In this document: piece after piece, positions 26,708 through 33,590 of the stretch
How the letters are laid out: each line of letters opens with the position of its first letter
How positions within the stretch are numbered: position 1 is the first letter of the stretch
Virus record (IMG/VR): IMGVR_UViG_3300047160_036266
Location: 96,001 to 160,000 of that record
Source: a virus
Lineage: Duplodnaviria > Caudoviricetes
Strand: one strand, 5' to 3'
DNA: 64,000 bases
Made by a program: the position numbers and the translations under genes
Notes under the pieces: generated by a model
Database searches by the model: none
Told to the model about the DNA's origin: nothing
Seen by the model: the letters and a program-made list of their open reading frames with translations, nothing else

Positions 26708-28357
26708 CTATCCTGCGGCGAGCGGGAGCGATACCCTTCCTGCCGGCTTTTGTTGCTGTTGCGCCTGACGCTTCTTGACATAATCACTAAAACTCGTCGG
26801 CGGCTGGGCAATGTCAAGGTCTTTGTCGAGGTACTGGCTGGCCAACTGGATGAACCTTTGATGCCATCGCTCATGCACCTGCGGGTCCGTATGGAACGAC
26901 TTTTTAATCTGGTTCTCGTCCCGGTCGGCATCGGACGCCACATGAATGTCGTTCTTCAACTCCGTGTCATCATATATCGCCAGGCTGTAAATGTTCAAGT
27001 GGCTGATGATGTCCTTGTTCTCCAACAACCAGTTGTAGGTTTTTCGGTAGGTTTCTTCTGTCTCATCAGGAAAGCCCACGATGATGTTCGGTATCAACCA
27101 GACATTGCCGCCCTCCTGGCGAATTTGCCGTATTTTCGTCGCTGCCAGGTCGATGCTCTTCTCCGTGGCCGGCTTCTTCTGGCTTTTGAGGATGAAGTCG
27201 TTATACGACTCAATCCCCAACTCAATGAACCGTATCCCCGCCTCCTTGATAAACTCGTTGGGCAGCCGCTTACTGGCCATCGTGGAAGCCGTTGTCTGGA
27301 CCACAAACCCCTGGAAATTGGGGTTGCGTTTCTTAATCTCCCAATAGATTTCCGGCAGGAGAGTGTAGTTGTTGGCCTGGCCGAAGGTCTTGTCGTTAAT
27401 GTATACCAGCTTGGACTTTAGCTGGGACAGCGCCTTGGCCTCCTGCTCGATGGTTTCGGTCGGGACTTCCTCCAGCTTGCGCGACACGTCGCAGAATTTG
27501 CACTTGTGGCGACAACCGCTGCTCATACACAGCCTGGGGATGACCGCCGTTCCTCTGAAGAGGTTATAATCGGTGCCGCCCTCCATCCCGCCTTTCTTGT
27601 GCTTTTGTTCGAGGATGAAGTCCTGCATACTGTTGAACACATGCACGTTTTTGAACGGGGCGAATTCTTCCGCCAGGTTGGTGCTGTAGCCGCCCACGGC
27701 AATGGCCCCTGGATAGCTCTGCGCAATGCGCTTAACCTGGGGCAGCACCACGTCCATGACCGAGAAGATGACCTCCTTATATTTCGCCTGGTTGAAGAAC
27801 TGGATCGCTTCGTTCACGTCCCGGACAACGTAAAAGTCAACATTGTTGAGGTTGCGGGAGATGACGGCGACCCAATATGGTACTTCCCAGAAGTCCTCTG
27901 GCTTCTCGTAACCCTGCCGCTTGGCGTACAGCTTCTCGTAATATTCGTCGGCGTAGTTGGGCTTGTGGGTGTACAAGGTCTTGGCGGCGAACTGACAGGC
28001 CAGGATTCGGTCATGGTTGTTAGGGTCCGCCGAGTGTTTCACCCAAATATTTTTTGTCTCTCTGGCTGGGTCGGCGGCTCCGTGTTGGTAATACGGATAG
28101 GCGGTCCCGTAGGGTGTTTTGTCCTTGAAGGAGGCTGGGGCCTGGTGGCCTAGTTCATCGCTCAGGTCGTGGATGTAGCGGTTGAAAACCGGGTCGTTGT
28201 AATCGGGTGCCTGGCCCTGCTGCCGCTCCAACTCGATGATCTTACGCAGATGCCCTTGGTAGAAGGCATCCGGTTTGCCGGGGAAATAACGCTGGAGGCG
28301 GGCCAGATAGTCGTCAGCTTTGGACTCAATGCTTTCGAGAAACCTACGGAAGCGCAT
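26708..28357 (-). CDS. Radical SAM protein (B12-binding-like subclass) with capsid-targeting-like N-terminus
   Basis: GCRHKCKFC (CxxxCxxC), INDKTF, ELGIES, NIIVGFPDETEET; N-terminus MRFRRFLESIE. Confidence 0.8.
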   Translation of the reverse strand: MRFRRFLESIESKADDYLARLQRYFPGKPDAFYQGHLRKIIELERQQGQAPDYNDPVFNRYIHDLSDELGHQAPASFKDKTPYGTAYPYYQHGAADPARETKNIWVKHSADPNNHDRILACQFAAKTLYTHKPNYADEYYEKLYAKRQGYEKPEDFWEVPYWVAVISRNLNNVDFYVVRDVNEAIQFFNQAKYKEVIFSVMDVVLPQVKRIAQSYPGAIAVGGYSTNLAEEFAPFKNVHVFNSMQDFILEQKHKKGGMEGGTDYNLFRGTAVIPRLCMSSGCRHKCKFCDVSRKLEEVPTETIEQEAKALSQLKSKLVYINDKTFGQANNYTLLPEIYWEIKKRNPNFQGFVVQTTASTMASKRLPNEFIKEAGIRFIELGIESYNDFILKSQKKPATEKSIDLAATKIRQIRQEGGNVWLIPNIIVGFPDETEETYRKTYNWLLENKDIISHLNIYSLAIYDDTELKNDIHVASDADRDENQIKKSFHTDPQVHERWHQRFIQLASQYLDKDLDIAQPPTSFSDYVKKRQAQQQQKPAGRVSLPLAAG

Positions 28358-28407
28358 GTAATATTTATGCGCCTCGCAGAGAAAGTCATGAACCGACTAT
28401 ATATTGC

Positions 28408-29838
28408 ATGGGATACAGGATCACGCCACATACGAATGTCACCAACGACGACGGCACCATCACGATTTCCGAAGAGGGGGTCACTGAGACTATCAGCGTT
28501 AATCTCGCCAAGGATAATACTTGGTCGGCAACCCAAACCGTGGAAACGGACGGCAGCACAGTTCCGGTAGTCGTTAGAGCCGCCACCAACCAAACCGCCG
28601 ATCTCCAGCAGTGGCAGGACGCCAGCGGTAATGTCGTCAGCCGGGTCGGGCCGGACGGTCAGTTGGAGATTTCTGTGACGAGCGGGGTTATTTCCATCAC
28701 CAACGATGACGGCACTTTAACGATCACGCCCACCACGGGCGATGCCGTAGCTAAGCTCAATCTTGGCAATGCCAATACATGGTCTGCCACGCAAACTCTG
28801 GCACCAGCTACAGATACCGTACCCCTGGTCATCAAGGCCAGCGCTACTCAGACGGCTGCATTGCAGCAATGGCAGGACACCACCGGAAAGACGCTAAGTA
28901 GCGTCAATGCAGCCGGCCAGTTTGTCCTGGCGACCAGCACGGGTACTCCCAGCGGTTCGGCCACCGATGGCACCTGTGTGGTGGACCCAAGCAATTTGAA
29001 ACTGTGGATTTACCTACAGGGCGACTGGCGGGAATCAACCTTGTTTGGGGAGCCATCTTTGTGCCAGGGCCGGCTCACTCTAACCTCCGGCACTCCCGTA
29101 ACCACCCAGGATGTAATTGGGGCCTCTACCATATATTTCACACCCTTCGGCGGCAAGCGCATCAGTCTGTATGATGGCAAGGGCTGGGTATCCCATCAGT
29201 TTACCGAGGCCAGTCTCGCTTTGGGCGGGCTGACATTAGGCATCCCCTATGATGTCTATGGCTACTGGAACAATGGCCTGGTTCTCGGTTTGGACCCCTG
29301 GAGCGGACCCAATGCCCGCACGGGCAACCTGAACCTTCAGGACGGCATCTATGTGATGGCTGTTGATCCGACGTACCGCTTTCTGGCTACTATTTACCCC
29401 ACCAGTGCGACCACCACGGAGGACTCGGATGCCAAGCGATTCGTGAACAATTACTACAACTACCGGCTGCGGCGTCTGCGCATTGCCGATACCGGGACGC
29501 ACACTTACAACACTACTGTGTGGCGACCCTATAACAATAACGCTGTCAACAGAGTCGAGTTTGTGATTTCGATGGTGGAAGACGCCATTCACTGTGCGTT
29601 ATTTGCCCAGGTAAATGCCAACGGTGCTGCCGGCATCAATGTCGATGCGACGGATGGTTCGGGAGTCTTGCAGCAGTGCATTGCCAATGCAAATAATAGT
29701 AGTGTCTGGGCGGGTTCCTCCCCCACTTTTTTGCCGCCGTCAGAAGGCTATCACTTCCTTCAGGCGATGGAATATTCCGGTGGCGGTCAGACATCCAATT
29801 TCACCGGCATGGTCCTAAACGGCATGATCCCAGGTTAA
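28408..29838 (+). CDS. Probable virion tail/fibre-associated structural protein
   Basis: Two internal repeats NTWSATQT...VP.V..A...QTA.LQQWQD..G; Thr/Gly-rich; TATATA 4 nt upstream. Confidence 0.55.
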   Translation: MGYRITPHTNVTNDDGTITISEEGVTETISVNLAKDNTWSATQTVETDGSTVPVVVRAATNQTADLQQWQDASGNVVSRVGPDGQLEISVTSGVISITNDDGTLTITPTTGDAVAKLNLGNANTWSATQTLAPATDTVPLVIKASATQTAALQQWQDTTGKTLSSVNAAGQFVLATSTGTPSGSATDGTCVVDPSNLKLWIYLQGDWRESTLFGEPSLCQGRLTLTSGTPVTTQDVIGASTIYFTPFGGKRISLYDGKGWVSHQFTEASLALGGLTLGIPYDVYGYWNNGLVLGLDPWSGPNARTGNLNLQDGIYVMAVDPTYRFLATIYPTSATTTEDSDAKRFVNNYYNYRLRRLRIADTGTHTYNTTVWRPYNNNAVNRVEFVISMVEDAIHCALFAQVNANGAAGINVDATDGSGVLQQCIANANNSSVWAGSSPTFLPPSEGYHFLQAMEYSGGGQTSNFTGMVLNGMIPG

Positions 29839-30305
29839 ACTGGCATCGGTGATGGTGATTTGATGGCCGGTTTGGGCTTCGGTGGTTTGGGCGCACCCAT
29901 GTCATCACTTCGCACCGGGGCGCGATCCTTGGCCTGAATGTAGAAGACGTAAGTTACACGGTCGTCCGCCCCGCCGCTTTGCCTTTCCGTCTGCCGGAAC
30001 ACGACCATGAGCTTGGTCTGGGCTGATTCGTATTGCATGAATTCCTTGAGGCGGGCGATAGTGGAAGCGATGAACTCCTTGCTGCCCGTGATGCGGATGC
30101 CGTCTTGTTGGTAGGTGGAACCTTCGTGTTCGTAGGGGATAGGCTGCATGGCGAGGGGCATATTTGGTTGGAGGCCCTGCCAGTAGGACATTACCTGTTC
30201 CTTGGTGGCCTTCCACTTCTTGCCGGGCTGCATGGTGGCGCTGGTGGTCGTCGGGGGCGTCGTTTGCAGCGGGCGCTCATACCGCCATTCGTTGAAGTTC
30301 TTCAT
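29835..30305 (-). CDS. Hypothetical protein with capsid-targeting-like N-terminus
   Basis: MKNFNEWRYE. Confidence 0.6.
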   Translation of the reverse strand: MKNFNEWRYERPLQTTPPTTTSATMQPGKKWKATKEQVMSYWQGLQPNMPLAMQPIPYEHEGSTYQQDGIRITGSKEFIASTIARLKEFMQYESAQTKLMVVFRQTERQSGGADDRVTYVFYIQAKDRAPVRSDDMGAPKPPKPKPAIKSPSPMPV

Positions 30306-30460
30306 CAGTATTATCTATGACCGGCATCCGCTTTTTGTGCTTGTGCTTGCGGCCATTTTGACACCACGGGCAGGAGCCGTGGTTGCGGCAAGAGCCGTCT
30401 ACGGCCTTGGCCGAACGGGGCTTATAAGCCTTGCGCCAGTCCTTGCGATGGGGATAGACC

Positions 30461-30649
30461 TTATCGAAGCTCATCGGAACCTCTCCTGGCCTTTCTTATT
30501 TTCATCAGTTCCAGCATCTTCGGGACGTTCAAGGTGCGGATGTAGTTATCAAGCCCTCTCCTCTGGATGATGCGACCTTTTTCCAGCTTCTCCCAATACT
30601 CACGGGAGACGCCGAAGACTTCTTCAGGGTCGAGCAGTTCTTCTTCCAT
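30461..30649 (-). CDS. Small hypothetical protein
   Basis: MEEELLDPEE... Confidence 0.45.
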   Translation of the reverse strand: MEEELLDPEEVFGVSREYWEKLEKGRIIQRRGLDNYIRTLNVPKMLELMKIRKARRGSDELR

Positions 30650-30651
30650 AG

Positions 30652-30725
30652 TAGCACGGGTGGGAATTGCACCCACGGCATCTCAGTTTTTGAAACTAAG
30701 TGGTCTACTGTCTGCCTACCGTGCC
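30652..30725 (-). tRNA. Non-canonical tRNA-like gene, anticodon CAA (Leu)
   Basis: GGCACGG/CCGTGCT, A73; D-arm GGCAGACAGTAGACC without GG; 6-bp anticodon stem CTTAGT/ACTGAG; 5-nt variable loop; T-loop TGCAATT; 74 nt. Confidence 0.8.
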
Positions 30726-30729
30726 ATAT

Positions 30730-30840
30730 CCCGTGACAGGAGCATTGCGGTTTTGCGGCTGCGCCGCCTTTACCCCGCTCGCATTAGCCCCATGTCACCT
30801 GCATCCCGATGCGAGCCGTTATGACAGGTCGAGTCACGGG
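30730..30840. ncRNA. Candidate small structured RNA inside the tRNA-like array
   Basis: Closing stem CCCGTGAC/GTCACGGG and internal GCTCGCAT/ATGCGAGC. Confidence 0.35.
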
Positions 30841-30843
30841 AAG

Positions 30844-30917
30844 TGCCCAGGGCCGGAGTTGCACCGGCGGCATCACTGGTTCTAAGCCAATGTGGTCTGC
30901 TGTCTGCCTACCTGGGC
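30844..30917 (-). tRNA. Non-canonical tRNA-like gene, anticodon TAG (Leu)
   Basis: GCCCAGG/CCTGGGC, A73; CATTGG-CTTAGAA-CCAGTG; T-loop TGCAACT; 74 nt. Confidence 0.8.
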
Positions 30918-30920
30918 AAG

Positions 30921-30994
30921 TGGCACGGGTGGGAATTGCACCCACGGCATCGCTGGCTCTCGACCAACGTGGTCTACTGTCTGCCTACCGTGCC
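30921..30994 (-). tRNA. Non-canonical tRNA-like gene, anticodon GAG (Leu)
   Basis: GGCACGG/CCGTGCC, A73; CGTTGG-TCGAGAG-CCAGCG; T-loop TGCAATT; 74 nt. Confidence 0.8.
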
Positions 30995-30998
30995 ATAG

Positions 30999-31072
30999 TG
31001 CCCAGGGTGGGAGTTGCACCCACGGCATCAGAGGTTCTGGACCTCTGTGGTCTGCTGTCTGCCTACCTGGGC
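30999..31072 (-). tRNA. Non-canonical tRNA-like gene, anticodon CAG (Leu)
   Basis: GCCCAGG/CCTGGGC, A73; CAGAGG-TCCAGAA-CCTCTG; T-loop TGCAACT; 74 nt. Confidence 0.8.
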
Positions 31073-31075
31073 CTG

Positions 31076-31423
31076 TTATTGAAGTCGATCTCGGATACTT
31101 TCAAACCACTGGATGAACTTTTCTTTGTTTGGATGTTGCCCTTGCGACACAACCTCCACCGCACGGTCCAGGGCGTAGTGCATATTGCCGATTAGGTCGT
31201 TGAGCCATCGACCCTTGGGGATTGCCGATCTGAGCGCCTTGGCGTCCGCCGGCAAGTGCTGGGCATAAGCCTGCATATTGTGCAGGAGGTTTCCGCCCAT
31301 GTCCCAGCGCCCTTTTAACATTTCCTGCGCTAACCGACCCAGCTTCGTGGTGTTGACCAGGGCATTGGTGACTATCTCTTGGGCTACGTCAGCGGCCTCC
31401 AGCCATTGTCGGAAGGTACTCAT
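31076..31423 (-). CDS. Hypothetical protein with capsid-targeting-like N-terminus
   Basis: MSTFRQWLEAA; TACATA 5 nt upstream. Confidence 0.6.
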   Translation of the reverse strand: MSTFRQWLEAADVAQEIVTNALVNTTKLGRLAQEMLKGRWDMGGNLLHNMQAYAQHLPADAKALRSAIPKGRWLNDLIGNMHYALDRAVEVVSQGQHPNKEKFIQWFESIRDRLQ

Positions 31424-31443
31424 GGAGTTATGTAGGCTTCCCG

Positions 31444-31743
31444 CTACCAAAACGGGTCGCTGTCGGGCTTGCACTCCTCAAAGCCGCCTTCCTTGTCAAA
31501 CATCCGTTCCCACAAGGTCGCGTCCCGATATAGTTCGATGGTCCGGGCTGAACTGCAACAGTCGTGGTAATCATAAGGGTCTTGCTCGTGCAATTCGAGG
31601 TAGGTTGCCTTGTCCTCGAAGAGAATATGCGTGAGCGTCACTCGGTCCTGGCCGAAGCGGCTGACCTTCTGGCCCCGGAAGGCCACGATATTCATGCCGA
31701 TCAGGTCGGTCCACTTCGGAATGCTGGACTTTTTCTTTGCCAT
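31444..31743 (-). CDS. Hypothetical protein
   Basis: MAKKKSS..., GGAGG RBS. Confidence 0.55.
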   Translation of the reverse strand: MAKKKSSIPKWTDLIGMNIVAFRGQKVSRFGQDRVTLTHILFEDKATYLELHEQDPYDYHDCCSSARTIELYRDATLWERMFDKEGGFEECKPDSDPFW

Positions 31744-31755
31744 AATTCCCTCCAG

Positions 31756-31829
31756 TGGCACGGGCCGGACCTGCCCCGGCAGCATCACTGATTTTAAGTC
31801 GGTGTGGTCTTCTTCTTGCCTACCGTGCC
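31756..31829 (-). tRNA. Non-canonical tRNA-like gene, anticodon TAA (Leu)
   Basis: GGCACGG/CCGTGCC, A73; D-arm GGCAAGAAGAAGACC; CACCGA-CTTAAAA-TCAGTG; T-loop GGCAGGT; 74 nt. Confidence 0.75.
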
Positions 31830-31833
31830 AAAA

Positions 31834-31920
31834 TGAGCAGTGGAGGAGTTGAACCACTCGGCATCCGCCCCACTTCTTTAATGCCAACAGTTTTACAGAC
31901 TGCCGTGGGGAACACCGCTC
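31834..31920 (-). tRNA. Atypical tRNA-Tyr(GTA)-like gene lacking a conventional D-arm
   Basis: 8-bp acceptor GAGCGGTG/CACTGCTC; CGGCAGT-CTGTAAA-ACTGTTG; D region reduced to TTCCCCA; irregular T-stem with TTCAACT loop. Confidence 0.55.
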
Positions 31921-32048
31921 AAATTCTTTCGATCCGAATTGACATGATTGCCCAAATGAGTTATTGTCTCCTAACTGTAGTGCGGCTGGACGGGACCGCA
32001 CTACGAGGGCGGGTTGTGCGAGGGGGCACACCCGCCCATTTTATTTAG

Positions 32049-32123
32049 CGCCTGGGAGCGGTATCGCACCGCTGACCTCCGGTGTTTCAAGCCGGCGCTC
32101 TGTCTTGTCTGAGCTACCCAGGC
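32049..32123 (-). tRNA. Non-canonical tRNA-like gene, anticodon GAA (Phe)
   Basis: GCCTGGG/CCCAGGC, G73; D-loop AGACAAGACA (no GG); CCGGC-TTGAAAC-ACCGG; T-loop TGCGATA. Confidence 0.75.
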
Positions 32124-32127
32124 GTAA

Positions 32128-32224
32128 CCGGAGATATATTCGTTAAGGACTGCCGATTTGAACGGCCAATTCCCCTTGTGGGGGAACACATCACCTAGAA
32201 GTATTCCTTAACTGCACCATCCGG
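32128..32224 (-). ncRNA. Y-RNA-like element 1
   Basis: CCGGA/TCCGG ends, GGTGCAG-TTAAGGA-ATACTTC motif, T-arm GCCG-TTCAAAT-CGGC, TTAAGGA/TCCTTAA stem. Confidence 0.5.
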
Positions 32225-32227
32225 TAG

Positions 32228-32300
32228 TGCCTGGGGTCGGAGTCGCACCGACGACCTCTTGCTCTTCAGGCAAGCGCTCTACTGGTTGAGCTACCCAGGC
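32228..32300 (-). tRNA. Non-canonical tRNA-like gene, anticodon GAA (Phe)
   Basis: GCCTGGG/CCCAGGC, A73; D-loop AACCAGTA (no GG); CTTGC-CTGAAGA-GCAAG; T-loop TGCGACT; 73 nt. Confidence 0.8.
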
Positions 32301-32306
32301 ATATAA

Positions 32307-32450
32307 GGCAGGAGAAAAAGACGCTGAGAGAGATTTTTCCCGCTCTACCACTGAGCTACCTCCCAATAATTTCAGAGTTGGGAGGGTCGGGATCGAACCG
32401 ACGACCTGGCGCTTTTCATGCGAAGTAACCCTCAACTGCACCGTCCTGCC
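32307..32450 (-). ncRNA. Y-RNA-like (YrlA-type) tRNA mimic
   Basis: GGCAGGA/TCCTGCC ends; GGTGCAG-TTGAGGG-TTACTTC; T-arm GTCGG-TTCGATC-CCGAC; loop-closed acceptor CCTCCCAA/TTGGGAGG; D-arm GCTC-AGTGGTA-GAGC; no anticodon loop. Confidence 0.65.
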
Positions 32451-32453
32451 TAG

Positions 32454-32543
32454 CGGAAGCGGAGGGAATCGAACCCTCGCCGGTTTTGAAGCCGGTCCCG
32501 TTTTCAAAACGGGTGCAGCAACCCAACATCCGACCTCGCTTCC
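32454..32543 (-). tRNA. tRNA-Ser(TGA)
   Basis: CCCGT-TTTGAAA-ACGGG, long variable arm, GGTTCGATTCC, G73. Confidence 0.9.
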
Positions 32544-32544
32544 T

Positions 32545-32685
32545 TCAGAGATAACCAAATACCCTCAACAGAACCAGCGTGCCGATAATCAGCGAAGCTA
32601 AATTCAAAATCGTGCGGATCAATTCCAGTTCGTGATTATGGCGGTCAAGCCAGCGTTCCAGCTTGTCCCTGTGGTTGTCTTCCAT
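32545..32685 (-). CDS. Small membrane protein
   Basis: 46-aa ORF MEDNHRDKLE...IIGTLVLLRVFGYL. Confidence 0.45.
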   Translation of the reverse strand: MEDNHRDKLERWLDRHNHELELIRTILNLASLIIGTLVLLRVFGYL

Positions 32686-32698
32686 GCGGGTATTTAGA

Positions 32699-32768
32699 GG
32701 CGGGAGATATAAACGGTGAGGGGGGTTTTCTTTTCAAGAGAAGTATCCCTCATCTGCACCATCCCGCC
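32699..32768 (-). ncRNA. Y-RNA-like element 3 (stem only)
   Basis: GGCGGGA/TCCCGCC, GGTGCAG-ATGAGGG-ATACTTC, TGAGGG/CCCTCA. Confidence 0.5.
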
Positions 32769-32771
32769 GAG

Positions 32772-32843
32772 TGCCACCCCACGGAGTTGAACCGTGACCT
32801 AGACGTTTTCAGCGTCCCGTGCAGACCCCTACACAAGAGTGGC
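32772..32843 (-). tRNA. tRNA-Phe(GAA), canonical T-loop
   Basis: GCCACTC/GGGTGGC, A73; D-loop with GG; GGACG-CTGAAAA-CGTCT; GGTTCAACTCC. Confidence 0.8.
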
Positions 32844-33110
32844 ATGGCGCTGTTGAGTGCGGGGTCTAAGATGGCCCCCACCAGCCCGCATAAGCAGGCC
32901 GTTTTCATCCCCGCCTTTGCAGCGATGTTTCAGTATCGTGAGAGCAGACTCGCCTGCGTTGACCGCAAGAGGCTTATCGCTCACGTTTCAGCATCGCTCC
33001 CACCCCGATAAATCGAAGCGGGTCCGGGCCTCCCTATCAGGGGAGGACTTACCTGGCGCTAGAGCGGCCCCGAAGGGCCAACCCAACAGCATAAGGCTTT
33101 CACCGGGTTG

Positions 33111-33410
33111 TCAAAGAGCAGCCTTTAGTTTCTGGACCAAAGGTAGCAATCTTTCGATCTTCCCCATCAGGGGCCGCTGCCGTTCTTGCTGGAGCAGCGT
33201 ATATTCGTGTTTTTCCAGTGACCGTCTGCCGCTCAGCCAGATCGCCACCAACCGATGGTGGCCGTTCAAGACCTGGATTTCTCCGTCTTCGGACTCGATC
33301 AACCTGATCGGCGGCAGCGTCTCGCCCCGTCTAAGGGCTTCCACCATGCCAGGAATCTGCGCCTTGCGGCGCAGCTTCCGCTGGGCCATCCATATTTTCG
33401 TGATGTCCAT
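33111..33410 (-). CDS. ParB/Sulfiredoxin-like N-terminal domain protein
   Basis: LPPIRL...IQVLNGHHRLVA. Confidence 0.65.
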   Translation of the reverse strand: MDITKIWMAQRKLRRKAQIPGMVEALRRGETLPPIRLIESEDGEIQVLNGHHRLVAIWLSGRRSLEKHEYTLLQQERQRPLMGKIERLLPLVQKLKAAL

Positions 33411-33579
33411 TGAAACCTCCGTCGAAGACGGAGGTAGGACCATCACGAATCAGGTAGCCCTCGCCGTTGCAGGCTTTGCAGTCACGACCGTTGTGCGCCC
33501 CGCAGGTATAGCGGAACGCCAGGTCGGGATCGGTCCCCGATCCCCTGCACCGGCGACATATTTTTGGCTTCATTTCCAT
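33331..33579 (-). CDS. Small DnaJ-type Zn-finger protein
   Basis: CRRCRGSG...CKACNGEG; 3' end overlaps next ORF. Confidence 0.4.
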   Translation of the reverse strand: MEMKPKICRRCRGSGTDPDLAFRYTCGAHNGRDCKACNGEGYLIRDGPTSVFDGGFNGHHENMDGPAEAAPQGADSWHGGSP

Positions 33580-33590
33580 AATTCACCAAG

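Noticed and set aside
30685-30700. Reading the first tRNA-like gene as a UCA (opal/Sec) suppressor
   Set aside because: That needs a 9-nt loop. With the 6-bp stem shared by the family the loop is TTCAAAA (CAA), which completes the Leu set.
30652-31072. Repeat GTGGTCT(A/G)CTGTCTGCCTACC with variable intervening sequence, resembling a CRISPR array
   Set aside because: Each unit folds into a cloverleaf with paired acceptor, anticodon and T stems; the variable parts are anticodon arms. No cas genes are present.
32075-32095. Reading 32049-32123 as tRNA-Ser(TGA)
   Set aside because: Standard register places GAA at 34-36, there is no long variable arm, and the acceptor stem is identical to the neighbouring Phe-like gene.
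32545-32585. Fourth copy of the Y-like motif (GGTTCTGTTGAGGG)
   Set aside because: It lies within the coding 3' end of a plausible small membrane ORF and lacks TACTTC and the closing stem.
33088-33114. TTGACA...TATGCT promoter
   Set aside because: The spacer is only 15 nt, so it was not called.
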